This document shows positions 15,205-23,956 of a stretch of 34,102 nt of DNA, in pieces (positions within the stretch are counted from its first letter, which is position 1; each line of letters opens with the position of its first letter). The notes beneath the pieces are model-generated. The model saw nothing but the letters and a program-made list of their open reading frames with translations. It searched no databases and was not told where the DNA came from. The stretch comes from a bacterium (lineage in GTDB: Bacteria; Zhuqueibacterota; Zhuqueibacteria; Thermofontimicrobiales; Thermofontimicrobiaceae). The stretch covers positions 1 through 34,102 of the forward strand of contig DSAU01000017.1 in the NCBI GenBank assembly GCA_011046315.1, read 5' to 3'. Position numbers and translations under genes: made by a program.

Positions 15205-16833
15205 TTAAAAGAACCGTGTATATAGAAAGATAATGGTAGCTACCAATAAAATTGACAAACCGATGTTAATTTTGGTCCAGGTTGGGTTTCGACTCTCGAT
15301 CATTTCTGTGAATTCAGTTTTTACCTCATGCGCAGTGGCAAAGGTCAACCCGGTAACTCTTTTCTTTTCAGGAGAACTGGTCATCAGGCTGACTAAAATG
15401 AGTATGCTGGCTGAAACAATAAACAGGAAGATGGCAAAATGGAGAAAATTTGCCTCTGCGACAAATTGAAGGAACGAGCCTTCAATTTTGCCTGCTTTAT
15501 AGAGCAATTCAACAACCAGGCGAAATGCCCCAATGATCGCTCCTGTAATCAAAGACCAGATCGCTCCTTTGCCGTTGACTCGTTTCCAAAGAATTCCTAA
15601 GATGAACACCGCTGCAATCGGTGGGCTGATATACGCCTGAACGCTTTGTAAATAAATATAAATTTGTGAGCTGATATATTTGATGAAAGGAACCCACATA
15701 ATACCCAGAATCACAAGCACCGTGGTTGCCAATCTTCCCACCAACACCAATTCTTTTTCTGAGCTATTGGGACGAAATTCACGATAAAAATCCATGGTAA
15801 ATAAAGTAGAGCTGCTATTAAAACAACTGGCGAGTGACGAGATCAATGCCGCCAACAGGCTGGCGATTACGATACCTTTGATGCCTGCGGGAAGCAACTG
15901 ACTGGCGACCAATGATGGATATGCTTTATCGCCAATATCAGGATCATTAAAATAAGCATAAGCGATAACGCCGGGCAGCACCAGGATGAAAACCGGAAGA
16001 ATCTTCAAAAAGCCGGCGAGAATGGTACCAGTCCTTGCATGATTGATATTCTTCCCACCAAGCACTCGCTGGACGATATATTGATCAGTACACCAATACC
16101 ATACGCCCAGAATCGGCGCTCCAAAGATAATACCTGTCCAGGGAAAGTCCGGATCAGATAACGGCTTGAACATGCTGAAAAAATCTACCGGTACTTTTTC
16201 CTGCAATCCGGAAAATCCGCCAACTTCCTGCAAACCGAGAATTGTGAGCGTCGTTGCTCCCAGAATCAAAACAGAAGATTGTAGCACATCGACATGAACG
16301 ATTGCCTTAAGTCCGCCGGCAATGGTATATATTCCAGCTACAATGACCATCACGATGGCTGAGGTGGCAATATCCCAGCCTAAAATTTCATGCAATAACA
16401 GCCCGCCAGCAAACAATGTGACTGATATTTTGGTGATTACGTAAGCGACAATCGAAACGCTGGTAAGGTACATACGGCTGGATTTATTGTAGCGGCGTTC
16501 CAGAAATTCTGGCATTGTAAAGACGCCCGATTTCAAATAAAAAGGTACAAAGACCCAGCCCAGGATCAACAAAATAAAACAGGCGATCCATTCAAAATGC
16601 CCGACTGCCAACCCCCGACTTGCGCCTGAACCAGCCAGACCGATAAAGTGTTCGCTGGAAATATTTGAAGCAAACAAAGAAGCGCCAATCGCTATCCAGC
16701 CGACACGCCTGCCCGCAAGAAAATATTCGGTGCTGCTTTTCTCTTTTCTGGAGAAATAAAATCCAACTGCAAATAAAAGTGAAAAATAGATCAGAATAAA
16801 AGTGATATCCAACGGGGCCAAATTTTGAAACAT
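15205..16833 (-). CDS. sodium:solute symporter family (SGLT-like Na+/sugar cotransporter)
   Basis: 542 aa with about 13-14 hydrophobic helices. The N-terminal SSS signature reads EYFLAGRRVGWIAIGASLFASNISSEHFIGLAGSGASRGLAVGHFEW. SD GAGGGAGG lies upstream of ATG 16833. Confidence 0.9.
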   Translation of the reverse strand: MFQNLAPLDITFILIYFSLLFAVGFYFSRKEKSSTEYFLAGRRVGWIAIGASLFASNISSEHFIGLAGSGASRGLAVGHFEWIACFILLILGWVFVPFYLKSGVFTMPEFLERRYNKSSRMYLTSVSIVAYVITKISVTLFAGGLLLHEILGWDIATSAIVMVIVAGIYTIAGGLKAIVHVDVLQSSVLILGATTLTILGLQEVGGFSGLQEKVPVDFFSMFKPLSDPDFPWTGIIFGAPILGVWYWCTDQYIVQRVLGGKNINHARTGTILAGFLKILPVFILVLPGVIAYAYFNDPDIGDKAYPSLVASQLLPAGIKGIVIASLLAALISSLASCFNSSSTLFTMDFYREFRPNSSEKELVLVGRLATTVLVILGIMWVPFIKYISSQIYIYLQSVQAYISPPIAAVFILGILWKRVNGKGAIWSLITGAIIGAFRLVVELLYKAGKIEGSFLQFVAEANFLHFAIFLFIVSASILILVSLMTSSPEKKRVTGLTFATAHEVKTEFTEMIESRNPTWTKINIGLSILLVATIIFLYTRFF

Positions 16834-16866
16834 ATCCCTCCCTCAAAATTTTAATGTTTTTAAAAT

Positions 16867-16882
16867 GGCAATTATTATACCA
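16867..16882 (-). promoter_or_regulatory. promoter upstream of the symporter gene that reads both as sigma-54 -24/-12 (TGGTAT-N5-TTGCC) and as extended -10 (TGgTATAAT)
   Basis: Minus strand reads cgTGGTATAATAATTGCCattttaaaaacattaaaattttGAGGGAGGgatATG. GG and GC have the canonical 10-nt separation, and the GC lies about 35 nt upstream of ATG 16833. Confidence 0.5.
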
Positions 16883-16956
16883 CGTTATTTAGAACTTTTC
16901 ACCTATTATTTTTTTTAGACTTATGTTTATTTGAAATCGCAATTGGAGCAATTCAC

Positions 16957-16972
16957 TTATTATTTTAATAAT
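16957..16972. repeat. 16-mer TTATTATTTTAATAAT (copy 1), shared with the GH5 upstream region
   Basis: It is identical to 23857..23872 and contains the inverted repeat ATTATT-TT-AATAAT. It lies 74 nt upstream of the TGG of the promoter at 16882. Confidence 0.6.
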
Positions 16973-17084
16973 TGGCTATTATCAAAAAGATAACGCAAAA
17001 GTTTATTAGCGATAATCATCACAAGCCAATTGCTAATCGCCCGGTATCCAAATGACTTAATCACCCGGCTACCCAATTACTGAA

Positions 17085-19346
17085 CTATTTAAAACTAAAG
17101 GTAAATTTCTCTTTCAAACCGCCGATCATCACTTCAAATTCGCCGGGCTCCACCACGGGTTTATTATCTCTTCCAATAAATGAGAGGTCTTTTTGATTCA
17201 AAACAAAACTAATCGTTTTTAATTCACCTGGTTTCAAAGCTACTTTTTCAAATCGCTTCAATCTTTTTACAGAAGGGGTCACTGAGGCATAAAGATCACT
17301 CAAATAGAGTTGAACCACCTCTTTTCCTGCCCGGTCACCAGAATTTTTCACCTGAACTGAAATCGTCAACAACTCATCTTGGTGTATCTCTTTTTTATCG
17401 ATCTTTAAATTGCTGTAATCAAAGCTGGTATAGCTCAACCCAAATCCAAACGGAAATTGAGGATTATATCGACAATCGAGATTATAATTTTCACTGTATT
17501 TATGATCGTAGAGAGTGAGATCATTTGGATAGCGGGGATAGGTAATCGGCAGTTTTCCGCTGGGATTGCAGTCTCCAAATAGCACATTGGCAACGGCAGG
17601 TCCACCTTCCATACCCGGGAGAAATGCCATCAAAATTCCATCAGCTTTATCTACGATTTCTCTGATAATTCGGGGCCGTCCTTCGACCAGCACCAGCACT
17701 ACTGGCGTTTTTGTGGTTGCGATAGCCGAGACTAAATTCAATTGCACGGCAGGCAGCGTTAAATCGAGGATGTTTCCTGGCGTTTCACAATAGGTTTTCT
17801 CTCCAATACAGACGATCGCCACATCCGCATTTTTTGCCGCTTCGACCGCTGCTGGAATGTCGATTTCTTCATCAACTGATGTTCCTGGCTCATAGATTAC
17901 ATTAGATTCACCGATTTTCTTTTGAATCGCCTGCAAAATCGTAAACTTATTTTTGGGGTATAAATCTTCACGATCTCCCTGCCAGGTAATGGTCCAGCCG
18001 CCATTTAAATAAGATAACAAATTTGCCGTGGGACCTGTGACCAAAACTTTTTTGTTTTTTGCCAACGGCAATGTCTGGTTATTGTTTTTCAACAATGTGA
18101 TCGATTCCTGTGCCGCTTGCAGGTTGACTTGCTGGAATTCTTGGCAAGCGAATCGATTGTTCAATGATTTATCAGGATATGGGTTTTCAAACAAACCCAA
18201 TTTAAATTTTACTTTTAAAATTCTGCCAACTGCTTCATTAATTCGGGATTCGGGAACTTTGCCGTCTTTGACTAATTCCAATAATAACTCATAAAAACTG
18301 TAATCCAACGGCACCATGCTCATATCAATCCCTGCCATCACCGCCATCTTTACCGCATCTTTTTGAGAAGCAGCTACTCTCTCGCGCTCGTGCAAATTTT
18401 TAATATCGGACCAGTCCGAGACGGTAAATCCCTTAAAACCAAGCTCATTCCGCAATAACTCTGTCAGATAAAAATAACTGGAATGAACCGGAACACCATT
18501 GATTTCTGAAGAATTAACCATTAATGTATGAGCGCCAGATTCGATGGCAGCCTGGAAGGGGGGCAGAAAATATTCTCGCAGCATTCGCTCGGGAATCCAG
18601 GCGGGCGTCCGATCTTTGCCTGTTAATGGGAAACTATAGCCAAGATAATGTTTCATACAAACCGCTACTTTGTCGTTCGCACCGATATTGTTTTCATCGC
18701 CTTCCTGACCCTTCACATAAGCGGCGCCCAGGGTTGCGGCAAGATAGGGATCTTCGCCAAAGGTCTCCCAAAGTCGAGACCAGAGCGGTTGCCGTCCAAC
18801 ATCAAGCACGGGATTGAAATTCCATAGGATACCGCTGGCGCGGACCTCATAAGCTGTAATCTCACCATTTTTTTTCATCAGTTCAGTATTCCAGGTCGCT
18901 GCCATCCCAATATTTTGGGGGAAAAGTGTCGCATCTTTGGTATAACTTGCTCCATGAATAGCATCGATGCCATAGATGATCGGTATTTTCAATCGTGTCT
19001 CTTTGGTCGCAACGTCCTGAATAGTAGTGATAATCTTCTGCCAATGATCCAATGGATGAGCTGATGTTCCCACATTTAATATCGAGCCAACATTATATTT
19101 CACAACTGCCTGGCGCAATTTCTGCATATCCAACTCGACTCGATCTTCAGGCTTAGCACCATCAATAGTTAAGATCTCAATCGAAATCTGGGTCATCTGA
19201 CCGATCTTTTCTTCAATAGTCATACTGGATAGCAAGTCATCAATTTTTCTATCCAGCTTTTTAGTTTCTGATCTGGCTGGATTTGAAATTAAAAATAAAA
19301 AGCTCATTAAATAAGTCATCAAAATTGGCCACAGTTTTCGCTTCAT
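17085..19346 (-). CDS. GH3 beta-glucosidase (BglX-like), periplasmic (signal peptide, no T9SS tail)
   Basis: Motifs seen: MTIEEKIGQMTQ, GIDAIHG, KHYLGYS, and GFKGFTVSDW (the nucleophile Asp context). A C-terminal FN3-like domain follows (VQVKNSGDRAGKEVVQLYL). AAGGAG SD upstream. Confidence 0.9.
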   Translation of the reverse strand: MKRKLWPILMTYLMSFLFLISNPARSETKKLDRKIDDLLSSMTIEEKIGQMTQISIEILTIDGAKPEDRVELDMQKLRQAVVKYNVGSILNVGTSAHPLDHWQKIITTIQDVATKETRLKIPIIYGIDAIHGASYTKDATLFPQNIGMAATWNTELMKKNGEITAYEVRASGILWNFNPVLDVGRQPLWSRLWETFGEDPYLAATLGAAYVKGQEGDENNIGANDKVAVCMKHYLGYSFPLTGKDRTPAWIPERMLREYFLPPFQAAIESGAHTLMVNSSEINGVPVHSSYFYLTELLRNELGFKGFTVSDWSDIKNLHERERVAASQKDAVKMAVMAGIDMSMVPLDYSFYELLLELVKDGKVPESRINEAVGRILKVKFKLGLFENPYPDKSLNNRFACQEFQQVNLQAAQESITLLKNNNQTLPLAKNKKVLVTGPTANLLSYLNGGWTITWQGDREDLYPKNKFTILQAIQKKIGESNVIYEPGTSVDEEIDIPAAVEAAKNADVAIVCIGEKTYCETPGNILDLTLPAVQLNLVSAIATTKTPVVLVLVEGRPRIIREIVDKADGILMAFLPGMEGGPAVANVLFGDCNPSGKLPITYPRYPNDLTLYDHKYSENYNLDCRYNPQFPFGFGLSYTSFDYSNLKIDKKEIHQDELLTISVQVKNSGDRAGKEVVQLYLSDLYASVTPSVKRLKRFEKVALKPGELKTISFVLNQKDLSFIGRDNKPVVEPGEFEVMIGGLKEKFTFSFK

Positions 19347-19392
19347 GATTCGCTCCTTAAATTATTCTCGGTACTGTAAAAGACGCCCAGTT

Positions 19393-19433
19393 AAATGCCT
19401 TTATGCATTTCAGTGAATCGCATCAAGGCGATT
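19393..19433. other. two tandem 6-bp/6-nt-loop hairpins between the two GH3 genes
   Basis: AAATGC-CTTTAT-GCATTT (19393..19410) and AATCGC-ATCAAG-GCGATT (19416..19433). Neither is followed by a U-tract. Confidence 0.3.
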
Positions 19434-19446
19434 TACTGGCAGATAT

Positions 19447-21639
19447 TCAATTATCTGTCAGTTCAAAACTTCCCTCAAGTCCTTGCACCGAACTCGGTCC
19501 AACCCATATTTTGAAAACACCGGGCTCAACAACATACTCCAGGTTTTGGTTGTAAAATCCCAGCTCGTTGGTATTAAGTTGAAATTCCACTTTTTTCTTT
19601 TCATTCGGCTCCAAGCTGATGCGCCGGAACCGTTTTAACTCTTTGACGGGGCGCGTCGTACTTGCCACAACATCCTGAACGTAAAGCTGGACAATTTCAT
19701 CTCCAATGCGATCGCCAATGTTTTGAACTTCAACTCCGGCAAATATTTTGGTCATGTCATCAGTTTTTTCGACGGTAACTTTCAAATTGCTGAATTTAAA
19801 CTTTGTATAGCTGAGACCGTAGCCGAATGGAAACAGGGGAGTTACAGGAACATCCAGATACTTTGAGGTAAATTTATCAGAGCCGGAAGGCCTGCCGGTA
19901 TTTTTATGATTGTAAAAAATCGGCACCTGTCCCACAGTTCGGGGAAAAGTTACCGGCAATTTTCCGCCAGGATTATAGTCGCCAAAAATTACATCGGCAA
20001 TGGCATTGCCAGATTGAACGCCCAACTGCCAGGTCTCCAGAATGGCCGGGATTTTTTCAGCGATCCAGGGGATGGTGAGCGGACGACCATTCATCAACAC
20101 CACAACTGTCGGCGTGCCCGTTTCGTAAACCGCTTTGACCAATTTTTTCTGATAGCCTGCCAGATCAAGTGATGAGCGGCTGGCAGCTTCACCGCTCATG
20201 TCCGCACTCTCACCAACTACCAAAATCGCTGCCTCGACATTTTGGGCAATTTCAACAGCTTTTAGAATTTCCTTTTCTGACCCTCCCTGAACTTCACAAC
20301 CTTTGGTATATCGGATTTTTTCGGTGGGAATTTTTGATTGAATGCCTTCCAGCACGGTTACAACATCGATATCTTTGCCTTCACAATGCCAGCAGCCAAG
20401 CTGATCATGTCGATTGTCAGCTAACGGTCCGATCACAGCTAACGATTTGATGTTTTTATTAAGCGGCAAAAGCTGATTATCATTTTTTAAAAGGACTATT
20501 GATTTCTGAGCGCTCTCCCGCGCCAGTGCTAAATTTTCTTTGCTCAAAACGGTCGTTTTTTCAAATTCCGGATTGATGAACGGGTGCTCAAACAGCCCAA
20601 GCTGGAACTTGATCCGCAATATCCGACGCACGGCTTCATCAATGGTTTTTTCACTTATTATTCCCTGTTTCTCCAGATCTGCCAGATTGTTGGCATAGAC
20701 AAAACCCATCATGTCCATATCCACCCCTGCCAGCAATGCTTTTATTCCTGCCTCGGCGGGTGTGGCGGCAATACCATGATTGAGCAGTTCGCCGATAGAA
20801 TTCCAATCACTGACCACAAACCCTTGGAATCCCCATTCGTTTCGAAGAATCTGTGTCAGGGTAAAGAGATTGGCAGAAGTGGGAACGCCGTTCAATTCAT
20901 TAAAAGCGCTCATAATCGTACCAGCGCCGGCATCAACAGCCACTTTAAAAGGGGGAAGATAAATTTCTCGAAGCGTATTAATGGAAATATCAACGGCATG
21001 GTAGTCTCTCCCGGCCTGGGCGCCGCCATAGGCAACATAATGCTTCGGGCAGGCAACAATAGTGAAGGGATCGTTTAAGCTTTTCCCCTGAAATCCTCTC
21101 ACTTTTGCAGCGGCCAAAACAGATCCCAGGTAAGGGTCTTCGCCATGACCTTCGGCGATCCTGCCCCAACGAGGGTCGCGGGCAATATCGACCATTGGCG
21201 CAAACGTCCAATGGATGCCGCTGGCTGCTGCTTCCCTCGCCGCCATCGCTGATGTTCTTTCCACCAAATCTGGATCCCAACTCGATGCCTCTCCCAGCGG
21301 AATCGGAAAAATGGTTCGATACCCATGAATCACATCAAGACCAAAGATCAATGGTATTTTTAATCGAGATTCCTCGACAGCAATCCGCTGTATTTCATTG
21401 GTTGCTGTTGCACCCTTCACATTCAAAAATGAACCGATTTTACCCTGCTGAATCTGTTGTTTTAAATTTTCATTGTAACCACTAACCTGATGCAGTTGAC
21501 CGATTTTTTCGTCAAGTGTCATCTGCTGAACGAGTGATTCAATGCGATTTTCAATATCGGGGTTGATGAGTGAATTTTGAGCAGTTAAGGTTAATGTGCA
21601 GATGAGAAATAATGGTAAGGTGAATTTTAAAAATTTCAT
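19447..21639 (-). CDS. GH3 beta-glucosidase (BglX-like), second divergent paralog, periplasmic
   Basis: Motifs seen: MTLDEKIGQLHQ, GLDVIHG, KHYVAYGG, GFQGFVVSDWNSI. The C-terminal FN3-like domain reads VEVQNIGDRIGDEIVQLYV. It has a signal peptide and sits only 44 bp after the GH5 gene. Confidence 0.9.
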   Translation of the reverse strand: MKFLKFTLPLFLICTLTLTAQNSLINPDIENRIESLVQQMTLDEKIGQLHQVSGYNENLKQQIQQGKIGSFLNVKGATATNEIQRIAVEESRLKIPLIFGLDVIHGYRTIFPIPLGEASSWDPDLVERTSAMAAREAAASGIHWTFAPMVDIARDPRWGRIAEGHGEDPYLGSVLAAAKVRGFQGKSLNDPFTIVACPKHYVAYGGAQAGRDYHAVDISINTLREIYLPPFKVAVDAGAGTIMSAFNELNGVPTSANLFTLTQILRNEWGFQGFVVSDWNSIGELLNHGIAATPAEAGIKALLAGVDMDMMGFVYANNLADLEKQGIISEKTIDEAVRRILRIKFQLGLFEHPFINPEFEKTTVLSKENLALARESAQKSIVLLKNDNQLLPLNKNIKSLAVIGPLADNRHDQLGCWHCEGKDIDVVTVLEGIQSKIPTEKIRYTKGCEVQGGSEKEILKAVEIAQNVEAAILVVGESADMSGEAASRSSLDLAGYQKKLVKAVYETGTPTVVVLMNGRPLTIPWIAEKIPAILETWQLGVQSGNAIADVIFGDYNPGGKLPVTFPRTVGQVPIFYNHKNTGRPSGSDKFTSKYLDVPVTPLFPFGYGLSYTKFKFSNLKVTVEKTDDMTKIFAGVEVQNIGDRIGDEIVQLYVQDVVASTTRPVKELKRFRRISLEPNEKKKVEFQLNTNELGFYNQNLEYVVEPGVFKIWVGPSSVQGLEGSFELTDN

Positions 21640-21683
21640 CGCATGTCTCCAATATGTTTTATCAAATCAAACCGGCTTATAAT

Positions 21684-23699
21684 TTACTTCTGTAAAATCA
21701 TCGTCTTTGTCAACTGCGCACCATTGACACTGAACTGGTACAGATAAAATCCTGATCCAACATTCTGATCGTAGCGATTGGTGCCATCCCAGGGAATAGT
21801 ATTAAAGCCAGTTTCGAGCAAACCATCAAAAATATTTTTTACAAGTGCGCCATTGAGATTAAAAATTTTTAAATTCACTTGCTGTGGTGTTAATAAAAAG
21901 ACCGGTATCTGTGTGGTCTGATTGAACGGATTGGGATAATTCTGTGCCAGGAAAACTGTGTCCGTCACCTGGTCAAAGTGATAACCTTCCCTGACCGGCG
22001 CTGATTTCAGATGAAACTGCAACAAATTGATATTAAATCCCCCATGGACAAATACCAGCTTTAACGCATGCATGCCTGCTGGAATGCATATATTTTCAAC
22101 AGTCGAAATGGTCTGCCAGCTCTTCCAGCCGCCTGTATTGGGAACAGGAATTGTACTGGTCAATTGTTGATTGTTGAGATACAATTGTAATTTTCCGCTA
22201 CTTCCAATCGATGCCACTCGAAAATCAATGCTATATTCGCCCGAATCCTCCACTATCACAGTAAACAGCAGCCATTCCCCGGTTTCAATATAGCCGACAT
22301 TGTAAGGCGCGCCTTTTGCATCATTGCTGATTTCAATATCAACGCCATCATTGCGATATTTGCCTCCCCGGTTCCACACATCGCCGCTGCCCAGACCATG
22401 TGTATTTTGATAATCGGTGTCGGAATAAGAAACACCCACATTTCCGAAATCGTAATCCACACAATGAATCGTGCCAGGTAGTCGATGGGATTTGTAGGGT
22501 GTGGGTCTGACCCCAAAATCGGAACGTAACAGCGCTTCCAACACATCGGGACGAAAATCACATTTTTCAAGCCGCAAGTTATCCGCCATCAGCAACAGTG
22601 CGGCTGTGGCGTATTCCGTTGTCGGTTTTGATGCCTGTCCGTTCCAATAATCCAGTACGCGTTGGTAATGCGCTATAATGGGTGCGGAGTAGGGACTGGT
22701 TGTGGTCTCGATCTTCTTGTGGGTCCACCAGTTCCAGCCGATATTATTTCTCTCCATCAACTGTACGCATTCATAAAACCAGGTGTTCGAATTTTCACCT
22801 GATTCTCCCAGCCATAGCGGACAGTTTGTCTGACTCCGGATCGTCAAATATTTCTGAATGGAGGACTGGCTATTTTCATTCCAATATTTGTGAAAACTGT
22901 AAACCATATTCACATCGAACGGCGGCGTCAGCAGATTAAAATCGGTAGCGTACCAGTTGCCTTCTATAAAAACAATGTGATTGTTATCGACCTCACGGAT
23001 CGCCTGGGTAATCCGCATGTACAGCGCGCGCAGATCACGATTGGAATAGCCGGGCGGCAATACAGGTTCATTCAGCAGGTCGTAACCTCCGATCCACTCT
23101 TCGGTGGCGTAGCGCTCGGCAATCTTGTGCCATATTTCAACGGTGCGATCCTGGTTTACAGGATTGGTCCAGAGACGCGCTTCTATGCCGTCGGCGTCGC
23201 TGATGTTGTCTTTATTCTGCCCACCTGGCGCGCAATGCATATCAAGGATCAGATAGAGCTTATTTTTCTCGCACCATTCTAACAGCCGATCAATGATCTG
23301 AAATCCCTCTTCCAGATAGACCCCAGGCTGATCCTCTGGTGTCAGCATCCGATAGTTGAATGGCAGCCGAATGGAATTGACACCCCATGAAGCGATCTCC
23401 TGAATATCTTCCTCCGTCACATAATTTTTGATATATTGCTGGTAAAATTGATCCGCATTCTCCTGTCCGATTAGATCAACGATCATGTTTCGAATGGAAC
23501 TCGGCGACCCAAAACCTGGAATGCGGAGCTGATAACCTTCCTGTACCAGCCAGCCGCCCAGTCCAAATCCTCGCAGCAAAATTTTTTCTCCATTGGAGTC
23601 AACGATTTCACGTCCCTGAGTTTTCAAATAAGCTCGTCCGCTCTGTGGGAATAAAATGAGTGTGGTCAAGATTATGAATAAGTATCTTAAAATTTGCAT
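21684..23699 (-). CDS. GH5 endoglucanase with CBM6-like module and T9SS C-terminal domain
   Basis: GH5 motifs: GVNSIRLPFNY, DMHCAPGGQN, GYDLLNEP (acid/base), LWLGESGE (nucleophile). The CBM6-like block reads IHCVDYDFGNVGVSYSDTDYQN..GYIETGEWLLFTV..YSIDFRVAS. The tail is LAQNYPNPFNQTTQIPVFL..GFYLYQFS. The track start is GTG 23723. I prefer ATG 23699, which gives MQILRYLFIILTTLILFPQSGRA. Confidence 0.88.
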   Translation of the reverse strand: MQILRYLFIILTTLILFPQSGRAYLKTQGREIVDSNGEKILLRGFGLGGWLVQEGYQLRIPGFGSPSSIRNMIVDLIGQENADQFYQQYIKNYVTEEDIQEIASWGVNSIRLPFNYRMLTPEDQPGVYLEEGFQIIDRLLEWCEKNKLYLILDMHCAPGGQNKDNISDADGIEARLWTNPVNQDRTVEIWHKIAERYATEEWIGGYDLLNEPVLPPGYSNRDLRALYMRITQAIREVDNNHIVFIEGNWYATDFNLLTPPFDVNMVYSFHKYWNENSQSSIQKYLTIRSQTNCPLWLGESGENSNTWFYECVQLMERNNIGWNWWTHKKIETTTSPYSAPIIAHYQRVLDYWNGQASKPTTEYATAALLLMADNLRLEKCDFRPDVLEALLRSDFGVRPTPYKSHRLPGTIHCVDYDFGNVGVSYSDTDYQNTHGLGSGDVWNRGGKYRNDGVDIEISNDAKGAPYNVGYIETGEWLLFTVIVEDSGEYSIDFRVASIGSSGKLQLYLNNQQLTSTIPVPNTGGWKSWQTISTVENICIPAGMHALKLVFVHGGFNINLLQFHLKSAPVREGYHFDQVTDTVFLAQNYPNPFNQTTQIPVFLLTPQQVNLKIFNLNGALVKNIFDGLLETGFNTIPWDGTNRYDQNVGSGFYLYQFSVNGAQLTKTMILQK

Positions 23700-23743
23700 T
23701 GTTTGTTTTCCATTGTTTATCACTTATCAATTCTGAAATATCT

Positions 23744-23758
23744 ACAAGAATTAAGCCA
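23744..23758 (-). promoter_or_regulatory. weak sigma-54-like element TGGCTT-N5-TTGT upstream of the GH5 gene (-12 GC replaced by GT)
   Basis: Minus strand reads atcTGGCTTAATTCTTGTagat, about 45 nt upstream of ATG 23699. The -24 half is good, but the -12 half lacks the near-invariant GC. Confidence 0.2.
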
Positions 23759-23856
23759 GATTCAAACGACAAATATAACAATAAAAATTTTAAAGGATTA
23801 TATAGTGCTGGGTGTTTTTAAAGATGTGATTAAATTATCATTGTGATAATAATATG

Positions 23857-23872
23857 TTATTATTTTAATAAT
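23857..23872. repeat. 16-mer TTATTATTTTAATAAT (copy 2)
   Basis: It is identical to 16957..16972 and lies 98 nt upstream of the TGG of the sigma-54-like element at 23758. Confidence 0.6.
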
Positions 23873-23922
23873 AGAGGAATTGAAAAATTAAAATCTCATC
23901 AATCAAACCAATCGAAGAAATT

Positions 23923-23940
23923 TGCAGATTCGAATATGCA
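23923..23940. promoter_or_regulatory. 18-bp near-palindrome TGCAGATTCGAATATGCA (16/18 symmetric), UAS-like
   Basis: TGCA-N10-TGCA with a perfect ATTCGAAT core. It lies just downstream of the regulator gene stop and about 165-180 bp upstream of the element at 23744..23758. Confidence 0.3.
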
Positions 23941-23956
23941 CTACTTGAAACTATAT

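Noticed and set aside
20990-21485. Cluster of overlapping alternative-frame ORFs (20990..21280 -, 21099..21326 -, 21105..21485 +) inside the GH3 gene
   Set aside because: The GH3 frame carries unambiguous family motifs across this stretch. The alternatives are Arg/Gly/Pro-rich shadows without starts preceded by an SD.
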